Shown here one piece after another: positions 26,041 through 38,097 of a stretch of 64,000 bases of DNA. Source of the DNA: Mobula hypostoma (lineage: Eukaryota). The stretch lies in contig NC_086101.1 of NCBI RefSeq assembly GCF_963921235.1, positions 75,330,001 to 75,394,000 on the forward strand, read 5' to 3'. The position numbers and the translations under genes were made by a program. The notes beneath the pieces were generated by a model, which was not told the DNA's origin, searched no databases, and worked only from the letters and a program-made list of their open reading frames with translations. Position 1 is the stretch's first letter. Every line of letters starts with the position of its first letter.

Positions 26041-27643
26041 CAAACCCCATTTCCAGAAAAGTTGTGATATTTTCCAAAATGCAATAAAAACAAAAATCTG
26101 CAGTATGTTAATTCACGTGAACCTTTAGTTAACTGACAAAAGTACGAAGAAAAGGTTTTCAGTAGTTTTACCGACCAACTTAATTGTATTTTGTAAATAT
26201 ACACAAATTTAGAATTTGATGGCTGCAACACACTCAACAAAAGTTGGGACAGAGTTGAAATAAGATTGAAAAGTGCTCAGAATATTCAAGTAACACCGGT
26301 TTGGAAGACTCCACATTAAGCAGGCTAATTGGTAGCAGGTGAGGTATCATGACTGGGTATAAAAGTAGCGTCCATCAAAGGCTCAGTCTTTGCAAGCAAG
26401 GATGGGTCGTGGCTCACCCCTTTGTGCCAAAATTTGTGAGAGAATTGTTAGTCAGTTCAAAAGGAACATTCCTCAACGCAAGATTGCAGAGAATTTAGGC
26501 CTTTCAATATCTACAGTACATAATATTGTGAAAAGATTCAGAGAATTCAGAGACATCTCAGTGCGTAAAGGGCAAGGTCGGAAACCACTGTTGAATGCGC
26601 GTGATCTTCGAGCCCTCAGGCGGCACTGCCTAAGAAACCGTCATGCTACTGTGACAATTATAGCCACCTGGACTCGGGAGTACTTCGGAAAACCATTGTC
26701 ACTCAACACAGTCCGTCGCTGCATCCAGAAATGCAACTTGAAACTGTATTACGCAAGGAGGAAGCCATACATCAACTCTATGCAGAAACGCCGGCGAGTT
26801 CTCTGGGCCCGAGCTCATCTCAGATGGACCGAAAGACTATGGAACCGTGTGCTGTGCTCAGATGAGTCCACATTTCAGCTAGTTTTCGGAAAAAACGGGC
26901 GTCGAGTTCTCCGTGCCAAAAATGAAAACGACCATCCAGATTGTTATCAGCGAAAGGTGCAAAAGCCAGCATCTGTGATGGTATGGGGGTGCATCAGTGC
27001 CCACAGCATGGGTGAGTTGCATGTATGTGAAGGTACCATTGACTCTGAGACGTATATTAGGATTTTAGAGAGAAATATGTTGCCATCAAGGCGACGTCTC
27101 TTCCCCGGACGTCCATGCTTATTTCAGCAGGACAATGCCAGACCACATTCTGCACAGGCTACAACAGCGCGCTTTGTAGACACAGAGTACATGTACTTGA
27201 CTGGCCCGCTGCCAGTCCAGATCTATCTCCTATTGAAAATGTATGGCGCATCATGAAGAAGAGAATCAGACAACGGAGACCACGGACTGTTGAGCAGCTG
27301 AAGTCTTATATCAAGCAAGAATGGACAAAATTTTCAATTGCCAACCTACTACAATTAGTATTCTCAGTTCCAAACTGATTAAAAAGTGTTATTAAAAGGA
27401 AAGGTGATGTAACACAATGGTAAACATGCCTCTGTCCCAACTTTTGTTGAGTGTGTTGCAGCCATCAAATTCTAAATTCGTGTATGTTTACAAAATACAA
27501 TTAAGTTGGTCAGTAAAACTATTGAAGATCTTTTCCTTGTACTTTTGTCAGTTAAATAAAGGTTCACGTGAATTAACGTATCACAGATTTTTGTTTTTAT
27601 TGCATCTTGGAAAATATCCCAACTTTTCTGGAAATGGGGTTTG
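26041..27643 (+). mobile_element. Near-intact Tc1 (DD34E) transposon, 1603 bp
   Basis: 214-bp TIRs 26041-26254/27430-27643; TA TSD (left copy reads CA); CR1 sequence rejoins across it. Confidence 0.96.
26402..27423 (+). pseudogene. Tc1 transposase (~340 aa) with one frameshift (~27168) and one premature stop (27376-27378)
   Basis: MGRGSPL..., GQGRKP, CSDE, FQQDN, SPDLSPIENVW; D-to-E spacing is 34 once the frameshift is corrected. Confidence 0.92.
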
Positions 27644-28022
27644 TATTATTAAAGATAAGGTTTAGGGGTACTTGGAGGCACATGACAAAATAAGCAAATT
27701 CGGGATAACTTCCTTAAGGGGAAGTTTTGCCTGAAAAATTTGTTGGAATTGTTTGAGGAAATAACAGGCAGGATAGACAAAGGAGAGTCAGTGGCTGTTG
27801 TTTATGTGGATTGTCAGAAGGCCTTTGACAAGGTGCCACACATGAGGCTGCTTAACAAGCTAAGAGCCCATGGTATTACAGGAAAGATTCTAACATTGAT
27901 AGAAGTTTGGCTGACTGGCAGGCAGAAGGCAAAGAGTGTGAATATAGGGGACCTTTTCCGGTTGATGCAAGGTGATGTGTTGTGGGGGTTGGTGTTGGGA
28001 ACCACTTCTCTTCATGTTATAT

Positions 28023-28461
28023 CATCATTATTATTATCATCATCATCATCATCATCATCAGTGATCACTTGTAGTCGAGTATGATTCTTCTCCTGGTGGT
28101 TGATCTGGTCACTTGTGGGTCTTGAGATGACTGAAGAGGCTGCTCTGTGATCGACAAGTCCTACTGCAATGTTGGCGTGTGCTGGTGGATGGAGCTGGTT
28201 GGGCCTTTCCCAATCTCTCCTTACACTGAAGCCGCTTAGTCTCAGCAGCAAAGTGGAGGTATTCTTTGAGCTGTGCAGACCCTCATAGACAGTCCTTCTC
28301 CAGTTTTTCCTATCCTGTGTTAATTTCTCCCAATCATTCGGATTGATATGCCACTTTCTCAGGCGGGTCTTGGTATTGTCTTTGAACCGCTTTTTCTGCC
28401 TCCATGAGTGCACTTTGTATTCTTGAGTTGGCCAAACAGAAGTTGTTTAGGGAAACAGGAG
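28023..28461 (-). mobile_element. 5'-truncated RTE-clade LINE nested in CR1
   Basis: QKKRFKD..K..L....I....WE.L..DR..WR peptide, (TGA)n tail, 11-bp TSD tcaYgttatat (28012-28022/28462-28472). Confidence 0.88.
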
Positions 28462-29725
28462 TCACGTTATATGTTAATAATATGGATGATGGTATTGATG
28501 GCTTTGTGACCAAGTTTGCAGATGATACAAAGATAAGAGGAGGAGCAGGTAGAGTTGAGGATGTAGGGTATCTGCAGAAGAACTAAGATTTGGAGATTGG
28601 GCAAAGAAGTACAAGACAGAGTATAGTGCAGGAAAGTGCATAGTCTTGCACTTTGGCAGAAGGAATAAAGGTTTGGGCTATTTTCTAAATGGGAAGAAAA
28701 TTCAAAAATTAAAGGTGCAAAGTGACTTGGGAATCCTTATGCAGGATTTCCTTAAGGTTAACTTGCAGGTTGAGACAATGGTAAGGAAGGCAAATGCAAT
28801 GTTATCATCAATTTCGAGGGGACTAGAATATAGAAGCAAGAATGTAATACTGAGGCTTTTTAAGGCATTGGTCAGACCACACTTGAAGTATGGTGAGTAG
28901 TTTGGGCTCCTTATCAAAGAAAAGATGCCCTGGCATTGGAGAGAGTCCAAAGGTGGTTCACAAGAATGGTCCCTGGAATGAAAAGGTTAACTTATGAGGA
29001 GCATTTGATGCCTCTGGGCCTGTATTTGCTGGAGTTTAGAATAATTAGGAGGGGATCTTAATAAAGCACATTGAAAGGGCTAGATAGAGTGGGTGTTTCC
29101 TATAGTGGGGGAGGCTAGGACCAGAGGGCACAGTGTCAGAATAGGGGGACTTCCATTTAGAACAGAGACGAGGAAAATTTTCTTCTGCCAGAAGGTAGTG
29201 AATCTGTGGAATTCATTGTCACAGACGGCTGTGCTGGCCAAGTAATTGGGTATATTTAAGGCAGAGGTTGATGGGTTCTTGATTCATCAAAGAGTCAAAG
29301 GTTACAAGGAGAAAGCAGGAGAAAGGGGTTGAGAAGGACCATAAAACAGCCGTGAAGTAATGGCAGAGCAAACTCGAAGGGCCACATGAGCTAATTCTGC
29401 TCCGACTGTAAGTCTTATGGTCTTATTCTTGTTGTGTCGTTGAGCAGAATTGTGGGACTGAATGGTCATATGTGCCCATGATTACCTACTGGTCCCTGAA
29501 ACTATTTGGGAATTGTTTGTAAACATCTGCAGCATGTTGCAGATATGGTATCAATGCTGATCTCGTGTGCAGTTAGTTTTCCACCTAGTGACTGGCTCCA
29601 TTTATTTGAATTTATTTTACAGTTGGTATCTGCTGTTTCTCTTGTTTCTTTCCCTGCTTTTAAATGTTGGATCTGCTGTTTTACTAACATCATTCTAAGA
29701 AGCTTGTTGATCTTATTTTCATCAG

Positions 29726-29830
29726 CTGAAGTACAAGGAAACATTTAACCTTGAGAAAGGCAAGTATATCGGAGCCACTGACACACCTCAGCTGGAACAT
29801 TCAAGGGAAATGGCAAAGCATTTTAGTCAG
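29726..29830 (+). CDS. NEB: Nebulin exon 10, LKYKETFNLEKGKY...FSQ
   Basis: catcag| and |gtaagc; 105 nt. Confidence 0.95.
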
Positions 29831-29998
29831 GTAAGCAATTTGTATATAATAATTGTAAAGTACCTTGTTGCTTTATAAATTCATACACAATTAGCCTTAT
29901 TTGATACTCATGTCAGAAAGATACATTAAAGGTAGTTTCATTTGCTATTGGTTTAAACTAGTGCATTGTGTGTAATGCATGCGGTTCGTGCCTTGCAG

Positions 29999-30106
29999 AA
30001 GTGTTATAAGGATGTATGGGAGACCAGCAAAGCTTTAGGATACACTTTGCCTCCAGACTATCTTCCTTTGGTTGTTGCAAAACGTGCCGAAAATGTGAGC
30101 AGCAAT
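29999..30106 (+). CDS. NEB: Nebulin exon 11, KCYKDVWETSKALGYTL...SSN
   Basis: ttgcag| and |gtaagt; 108 nt. Confidence 0.94.
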
Positions 30107-30192
30107 GTAAGTAGAAACTGATTCACTTTTCGAATTTTTTTTTTTTTGGTGTTCATTCGAAGACTTCATAAAGCATGTATTTGATTCTCCAG

Positions 30193-30306
30193 CTGAAGTA
30201 CAAGGAACTGTATGAAAAGCTCAAGGGACATTACCTGGCTGGTGGTGATATCAAAGATTTCCCCGCAATAATCCATTCAATGGCTATGGGCAAAATGAGG
30301 AACATG
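30193..30306 (+). CDS. NEB: Nebulin exon 12, 38 aa LKYKELYEKLKGHYLAG...MRNM
   Basis: ctccag| and |gtatgt; 114 nt. Confidence 0.94.
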
Positions 30307-30848
30307 GTATGTCAATAATTAAGTGAATTCTTTTCAGTCTACCTTGATCTCATTTCTAGTATTTTGTTGTTTTAAAAAAAGTAATATTACTCTTTGCAAC
30401 CTAGACAAGATACATAGATTAAATATCAAATATTTCTAAGAAAGGCTAATTGCAATTACTCTGTAGAAAGGACATACAGATTAAATATCAAATATTTGTA
30501 ATAAAGGCTAATTGCAGTGTGATTTCAGGAAAACGTTGTTAGAATTAATGGCTCATAACATCATAAGGGAGATATTAACAGAGATTTTAACCAATCTGTT
30601 TTAAATTGGTTGCCATTTTTGATAAAATAGTAAGCAAATTAATGTCATAAAAAGACTATTTGCTCTGAATAAAATAAATTATATTGCATATCTTGCATTC
30701 AAATTTGGAAACTTTTGATCCTTCATTGGGTGATCACTTACAAAAATCATTCTCCAACCACATGTTTGTATCTTATAAATGATGTGGAAGATTATTTCTA
30801 AGATTCTAATGTTATATTGCATGCTCTGTGACTTGTTTTCTTCTTCAG

Positions 30849-31046
30849 ATGGATTACAGGCGGGATTATGAGAAAACTAAGACTGCACTTCACATTCCCA
30901 CTGACATGATAAGCAACATAGTGGCAAAGAGGTGTCAGCACATTCTCAGTGACATTGAATACCGCACCTATCTCCATGAATGGACCTGCCTGCCCGATAA
31001 GCACGACGTCATTTGCGCCAAGAATGCTCAGGAGATCTTAAGTGAT
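30849..31046 (+). CDS. NEB: Nebulin exon 13, 66 aa MDYRRDYEKTK...HEWTCLPD...ILSD
   Basis: cttcag| and |gtatgt; 198 nt, two modules. Confidence 0.96.
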
Positions 31047-31259
31047 GTATGTATCACATCTTTAGATTTATGAGCCTTAACCAAAAGGAAAATATAGCTC
31101 ACTGACATTGTGGAATTTGAACGTTTGCGCTTGCATATCTCCACTGTTATGGGTTTTCACTGTAGGCCTTACAATTGATTTGGATAATCCTTAAATACCA
31201 TGAAATCTATATCTATCCCTCAAAGGGGAGAAGATTTACCACTTATGAATATGACAGTA

Positions 31260-31490
31260 TGTGGTAAACCATATATATGTGTTGTAACTGGGTTACCTGT
31301 CTGGACACGCCCCTCTGCTGACTGCTCCTGGGGCTCCTCCCACAGACCCCTGAATAAAGGTGATTGTGTCACTGCTCCTCCCTCAGTCCAGGACGGATAC
31401 TCAGTATGGACGTTGGTTCATTTACTGTTAATAAAAGCCTTTCAGTGTTTACTCTACTTCCAGTCTTTTGGAGTAATTGATAATGCATCA
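31260..31490 (+). mobile_element. Solo LTR, 231 bp
   Basis: TG...CA, two AATAAA, 5-bp TSD CAGTA (31255-31259/31491-31495). Confidence 0.88.
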
Positions 31491-31897
31491 CAGTATGAAT
31501 TGGACTGTTGTAAAGAAAAGATTCAGAATTTGGTCAACACTTTGGGGACAGGAAAACCCACTGTTTTAGACAGCTTGGGAATCTTGTCCCGACTGCTTTT
31601 CAAAGTAACTTTGTATCTGAAGTCTCAGCCATGATAACTGAGTAGTACTGTCACACATTGCACACACTGAAAGTGGTCGAAGCACTGCTAACCACTCACA
31701 TTGATGCTGATGATCTTTACCTCCGAGCAAAACAGAATACTCAGTGGCACAGAAATGTTCAGAAAATTCTATGTGAATTCCACTGCAGGCAGATGATGCT
31801 TGTTTATTCCTGTTAAGAGTCACGATAGATGTGGAACTAACAAGAGCTGATTGAGGGAGGCTTCATCTTTTACCAACGCTTTGTTTCCATGTTACAG

Positions 31898-32002
31898 TAC
31901 GTATACAAGGATGACCTGAACTGGCTGAAGGGCATGGGATGTTATGTTTGGGACACGCCAGAAATACTACACGCTAAGAAGTCCTATGAGCTACAGAGTG
32001 AG
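31898..32002 (+). CDS. NEB: Nebulin exon 14, YVYKDDLNWLKGMGCYVWDTP...LQSE
   Basis: ttacag| and |gtaaga; WLKG motif. Confidence 0.97.
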
Positions 32003-33790
32003 GTAAGAGATATATAGCCTCTGAGCAAATGATTAAATGAAGTGAGTCAAAGGTGAAGAGCTTGTAAATTTGTGGCAGCATAAATCAAGTCCCATTCAGA
32101 AATAGAATACTGTTGCCATCTGTGCAATTGACTCTTTTGCATTAAATAACCACTTAGGAAATTTACCAATACCTACTTGCAAAGCAACCTCTAAGAAAGA
32201 TCACATTATTTTGCAATGTTAATATCTGATTTGGCTACAGAGTTTGGTAGTGAGTATATAAGACAAAAAGACAACTTCACTAACAGTTCACATTTATATT
32301 CTTTTGTTAGTAATTCATAAAATTGCAATATTCTAACCTCAGTGAAGGTTGTCAGGGGAAACCTGGACTTTAAACAAAAGACAAGAGCTCTCAGTTCTCT
32401 TGGATTTTAAATCCCTGATCACAAGACATGAGCCTCCCAAAGGAAGCTCTGAACTTCCCTGTCAACTGTTATTGCATGGAGTTTGGTGGGTATAGTGACA
32501 GTGTTGGTGGTAGATAAGTGTCGTTGCAAAGGTAAAGAAACAAAGTGCGGTATAGAAATGAACTGTATTTGTATTGTCTCAAATTAGTGTCAGCTTCAGT
32601 AAACATCACAATTAAAATCTTCAGTTTGACTAAATCAGTGTCCAAGCATTTTTTGTATAAATAAAGGTTGATTGCAATTCAACAGTAGGCAGCAAATTAT
32701 TGTATGACGTGGTCCTGAGACTGCCCAACCCCCTGAATGTTATTAAAGTGGTATTATGTCCTTATGGTGTAGAGCTTGGGAAGATTGGTTTCATTGAGGC
32801 CAAAGGTAAGATGCGGGGGGGGGGGGGTGGGGGTGGTGAGGTTCAATTCTGCTTTCAGAGTGTTGTCTCCAAGAATGGGCATGAAGGGATTTGTAGGGTG
32901 GAGATGGAATCATCAGCAACAAAGCAGGCCATTCAGCCCAGCAGGCCCATGGTGACCAAGATTCCCATCCAAGCTAGTCCCTCTAAGGTAGAGTGTGACA
33001 ACCTTTTGTATGCAGTTTAAATTCCTCTGTGTGCTAGTAGCAAAAGATGTGTCCATGTGTACACCTTAGAGGGAACATTCAATCACAATGCATTTATTGT
33101 CAAGGTATGTATATGTCATCATATACTACCTAGAGATTTATTTTCTTGCAGGTATTTACAGGGGGAAAAAAAGAAGTACAATAGAATTTTATTGAAAACT
33201 TCAGGCTTTAGTACTGTACCTCCTGTGTGGTGGTACCTGCGAGAAGATGGATGTTGCCTTGTTGTGGCAGCGCCTCTTCTAAGTTCAAAGTACGTCTATG
33301 TCACTATATACAACCCTGAGGTTCATTTTCCTGTGGCCACACTTAAGAAATCTATAGAATAGTAACTATAACCGAATCAGTGAAAGACTGCCCAACTTGG
33401 CATTCAACCAGAATGCAGAACTCAACAAACGTGCAAATTCAAAAGAAAAATTATTAACAATAAATAAGTAACCAATACATATCAAGAACATGAGTCTTTG
33501 AAAGTTAGGCCATCGGTTGTACCGTTTCAATGATGGTATCTTGTAGAAACTACCGATGGTGGTGAAGGATGTGCCCCTGATATACTGAGCAGAGCTTTGG
33601 AAGTGGAATGATGTCACCCTGATGCACATTTCACTGGGGAATGCTCAGCCAGATTTCTAAAATAATGCAAAATGATCCTAAACATTTGCTATTTCACAGT
33701 GTGAAAAGTTGCACAGGGCTGAAATAAACAATTACACATTTCTAAACTGCTTTGCTTAACTGATGCAATGTGAAATGTGATTTATTACAG

Positions 33791-33895
33791 ATTAAGTACA
33801 GAAGTGGTGGAAAGAAGAATTTTGAGAACTACACCATTGTTACAGATACACCAGTCTATGTGACTGCTGTCCACAATGCTATTCTCTTTAGTGAT
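33791..33895 (+). CDS. NEB: Nebulin exon 15, IKYRSGGKKNFENYTIVTDTP...FSD
   Basis: ttacag| and |gtaagt; 105 nt. Confidence 0.95.
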
Positions 33896-34311
33896 GTAAG
33901 TATTATTCTTAAAGCCCAGGACAACATTGTCAAGCAAAGTTTGATAAGAGCAGAGTTCTCTCATACACTTAGATTTTGTCATTTTATGTGAAATTTCTCT
34001 GATTTAGTTTAGCTCTGAGTTAGTGGTGGCTAGGTTAGGGGTAAACATTGGATAGGACATTCAGTTAATTAAATAAGTGTAGAAATAAAGGCTATTACCA
34101 ATAATGGTCGTTTTGAAATTATAAGATGTATTGTTTGTAAATCCCCAGTTGACAAACAAGTTTTAGGGATGGCAAGATGTCAGCCTTACCTAGTCAGGCC
34201 TGTATGTGACTCTAGACCAGAGCAACTACCTCACAAATGGCATAAGAAGCCACTTTTTCCAGTGGTGATTAGGATGAACTGCCAGGTACATTCACATCAG
34301 GTGAATAATAC

Positions 34312-34851
34312 CGTACTGTGCAAAAGCCTTAGGCATATTCATATGGTTATGACACCTTAGACTTTTGCACAGTACTACAGTAATCTTATGTATTGCACTG
34401 TACTGCTACCACAAAAAAAAAACAAATTTCATGACGTATGTGAGTGAAGGTAAACCTGATTCTGATATGGGTGTCTATTGTAGACTGAGAGTGGGAAGGA
34501 GGCAGGGAGAGGGTATCATGGTTGGGGAAAGGAAAAGGGAGCGGAAAGCATCAGAGAGACTTTCTTTAGTGAACAATAAACCAGTTGGATTCAAATAACC
34601 TTACCTGGTGTCTCAGGGCTGATTATGTCTGCACATCTGCCACCCCCTCCAACACCCCCCCAACTCTTGGCACTCCTTCTCTGCCACCTGGCCCACACCC
34701 CTCTAACTGCACTCCACCCTCAACATTCTCCACGTCCTTTGCTCTTTCCCGATTTATGAACTCTCTCTCTGCTTCACATTGACAAATACTGTACTGCGCA
34801 AAAGTCTTAGGTGCCCTAGCTATATACATATGTAGCTTTTACACAGTACTG
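34312..34851 (-). mobile_element. Composite non-autonomous Tc1-like element, copy 2
   Basis: Terminal hairpins 34312-34377 and 34789-34851; core is the inverse of copy 1. Confidence 0.75.
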
Positions 34852-35278
34852 AATATATTTAAAAAGCCTACTACCAAGCCATCTTAGGTTCAGAAACACA
34901 TGCAGTTCGCAGCTTGTTAGTTTAGGTTCAACTTAGGACCTAGATGTTTGAATGCTTGGATTTTTAAACCACGCCGATGCCATCCCCTTTATTTCAACCC
35001 TGTGCACCCATATGATTTCAAAATAATTTAATTGCCCACAGCAGGCCTTCTGAATGAAGCTAGCACATTTGACAACATTTGTTATTCAGTCTTTTCCTGC
35101 CATATTGGCTGTATTCAATACCATCAAAAAGTGGGTGGAAGGTGGCAAAGGCCATCATTGGATACCAATAATAGTCTTTCCTTTAATATTTATTTTTATT
35201 TATTAGATGCCTCACAATATGCTGTTGACTGTAAGCTCCAGCTAATCAAGAGGCTGACTGTTTCTTTGATTCTTCCAG

Positions 35279-35383
35279 AATAAATACAAAGAGGATTATG
35301 AGAAGACCAAAGACAAATACACAACAGTTTTGGACACCGTGGATTACAACCGGACCAATGAACTTAAAACTATATTTAGCAAC
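35279..35383 (+). CDS. NEB: Nebulin exon 16, NKYKEDYEKTKDKYTTVLDTVDY...FSN
   Basis: ttccag| and |gtaagt; 105 nt. Confidence 0.95.
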
Positions 35384-35578
35384 GTAAGTTTTGTACAGAC
35401 ACGCACCACAGTAGCGTAACAGTTAATACGACTCTATTAGAGCTTGGAGCATCAGAGTTCAAGTTCAGTCCCGGCATCATCTGTAAAGAATCTGTACGTC
35501 CTCCCCGAGGAACGCATTGTTTTTCTCTGGGTCCTCTGGTTTCCTCACACAGTTCAAGGATGTGCCGTTTAGTAAGTT

Positions 35579-35980
35579 TGACATTGTGGTGTTTGCCGAG
35601 CTTGGTAATTAGCCTGCAGACGTTTCATCACCCATTGAGGTGACATCCTCAGTGTACAGTTGTTGGTGTTTCTCTCTGGAAGTGCTCACATTTGTCTGGA
35701 CCCTCTTTTGCTTGTTTCGGTCCTGATTGGTTACCCCTTCAGTTGACCTTTGAATTCTGTGGCTCACATTTCTTTGGCTATTAGGGGTTCATAGATGGCA
35801 TCTATTTTGATATGCTTGTTTATAGAGTTGCCAGAAGAGAAGCACGCTTCTAAAAATTCTTGTGCCTGCTTCGTGTTTGCCCGCACCAGAACCTCCGCAG
35901 TGTCCCAGTTAAAGTGGTCTCCTTCTCAGTCTTTGTGTACCAAGATCAGGGACAGTGGAACATGTCTCTGTACCTCCAGA
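35579..35980 (-). mobile_element. Second Penelope-like family fragment (GIY-YIG end + hammerhead)
   Basis: HFNWDTAEVLVRANTKQAQEFLEA..SGNSINKH peptide; 10-bp TSD ttagtaRgtt (35569-35578/35981-35990). Confidence 0.8.
35614..35659 (-). ncRNA. Minimal type I hammerhead motif with intact core and ACGU palindrome
   Basis: CUGAGGA-U-GUCACC ucaaug GGUGAU-GAAA-C-GUC-UGCAG. Confidence 0.7.
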
Positions 35981-36018
35981 TTAGTAGGTTAATTGGTCAT
36001 CGTAAATTGCCCCATGAT

Positions 36019-36435
36019 CACTTACTTACTTCCTACTACACAGCTTGCGTTTAGGGCAGCAATGGAGTTCCTCTATCTCATTTGGTGTTCAGGGCTTCCT
36101 TCATTGTGTCAGTAACTTCATCTCAGTTTTCAGTACTGTCAGTCATGCAAATCCCGGGTGGAGGCTCAAGGATGCTGTCGCACTCAGGGGTAGAAGGATT
36201 CTTTGTTGCTGTTTCCATAACAATTTTGCTTTACCAGTCAGGATTGTTAGCCCTGAGCTGAACCCCTGAACTTGGAGGACTGGTAGACTACTCTTAGTCT
36301 ATGCCTTACCTTTTGACCTGTTTGGCATGGACAACCCTACCAAGAGCCAAAGCGTAAAGTTTTGACTCCAGCTGAAATAGCTCTCTGGGTCATTGAGGCT
36401 TGCATGCTTCGATGGCTATGGTCCCCTTGAGGTAT
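36019..36435 (-). mobile_element. Internally deleted non-autonomous RTE-type element (homolog 46515-47092)
   Basis: (TAAG)n tail; TSD cccRtgat (36011-36018/36436-36443). Confidence 0.7.
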
Positions 36436-36970
36436 CCCGTGATTAGGCTAGGGTTAAGTTGGGGGTTGTGACTCAAAGGACCGTGCTGTATCTTTAAATA
36501 AAAATAAAATTTAAAACCTGCACAGTTTATAGGCCAGCAAATGTGCAGTCATTAAGTGTACTGAATGAGGGTATATTCACCAATAGAGATCAGGACTTCT
36601 CATTTTGGGCTTAAACTTGGTGTCAAACAGTGATCAATGCCCAAGCTGGTCACCTTCCAAATGTTTCAGCGTAACAGCTTTCATAGAATACTACAGCACT
36701 GTACAGGCCCCTCAGCTCATGGTGATGAGCTAACATTTTAACCTGCTCCAAGATCATTGTAACATTTCCCTCCCCATAACTCCCACCCCATTTCTTTTCA
36801 TGCATGTGCCTATCTAAGAGATTCTTGCAGATAGTGGTGATCACTGGAATTTTTCAGGGTAGTGGAGGCTAGATTATCGGGTGGGATTGAAGAGGAAAAA
36901 GATACATTTTTTGAAAGTAGGGAATTGGGAGCTAAGGAGAACTGGCACAGAGATAAGAGATTATTTTCAA

Positions 36971-37310
36971 CAAAAGAGTTTCTGCAGATGTTGGAAATCC
37001 AGAGCTGATGAAGGGCCTTGGCCCGAAACATCGACGGTTTATTCATTTATATAGATATTGACCTGCTGAGTCCCTCCAGCATTTTGTGTGTGGTACAAGA
37101 GATCACCTTTATTTGTCACATAAGTACATCGAAACCTACATGTGTCCCCATACTCACAAACCATAAACAAAAGATTCTGCAGATGCTGGAAATCCAGAGC
37201 AACACACACAAAATGCTGGAGGAACTCAGCAGGTCTGGCAGTATCTGTGAAAATGAATAAACAGTTGATGTTTCGGGCCCAGACCCTTCTTCAGGACTGG
37301 AAAGGAAGGG
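36971..37310. mobile_element. Inverted pair of Penelope pLTR pieces, each with a hammerhead core
   Basis: + core at 37005-37037, - core at 37262-37299; arms are mutually reverse-complementary. Confidence 0.75.
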
Positions 37311-38097
37311 AGAAACCAGAGCACCCTGAGGAAACCCACTCAGATATAGGGAGAATGTACAAACTCCTTGCACACAGCGGTGGGAGTTGTACCCCAGTCG
37401 CTGGTGCTGTAAAGCCTCGCGCTACCTGCAGGAGTTGAGGCCTGGGACAAATCAGCCTTTACTTGTGATCCTACTTTCTTATGTTTATTAGAGGAGGCAC
37501 GGGACACACAAAAGAAACAGGTAAGATAAAATACTTCACAATACTCCATTTGTGACATGGCTGATTCAAAACGAGGTCATAAAATTATTGAAGGGACAAT
37601 TGGGACTAACACTCCAAGATAAAAACTGCTGATCACATATTTTTAAAAAGCTGTAATTTGGTAAATCTCACAGCCACGTTTGTCCTCATCGATCACTTTT
37701 TTTCTGGTCAAGCTGGTTCCGCCATGTATAATATACCAGTGAATGGACCTTCAGACTTCCTTAACTGTTCCAGGACATAGAACTTTTCCAGCAACATCCC
37801 AATCCAGTGATTGACTCATATCAAATCTACTCAGATCCCCTGCTATCAAAAGTGGATATTAAGACATACAATCTAAGTCAGCCCAATACCTTCTGTCGCT
37901 CATTAATATTCCCATAAATAATACAAAAGCCATAATTTTAACTGTTGCTATTACTAGACTAGCTTCTCCACTACACCATACCCATCCACTTATCTCCCAC
38001 AGAAATATATGAAGGGTTAGTCTTCTTCATAATATACAATTTAGGGTAGGATTATTTTCACTCAAATCAATGAAAATTATTGACTTTTTTGTAAGCA

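Larger units (their letters stand above)
23186..29425 (+). mobile_element. Near full-length decayed CR1 LINE (ORF1 zinc finger/SGNH esterase + ORF2 APE-RT) hosting three insertions
   Basis: CSLCEM, CFPGARVRD, RIGTNDI; MGDFN, KSPELDGLH, KAFDKVPH, KFADDTK; tcttatggtcttat 3' end. Confidence 0.92.
35400..36510 (+). mobile_element. V-SINE split into three pieces by two insertions
   Basis: Pieces 35400-35578, 35981-36018 and 36436-36510 are collinear with intact copies. Confidence 0.8.

Noticed and set aside
32812-32840. G-run as a functional G-quadruplex
   Set aside because: Low-complexity tract with no supporting context; homopolymer length may also be a sequencing artefact.
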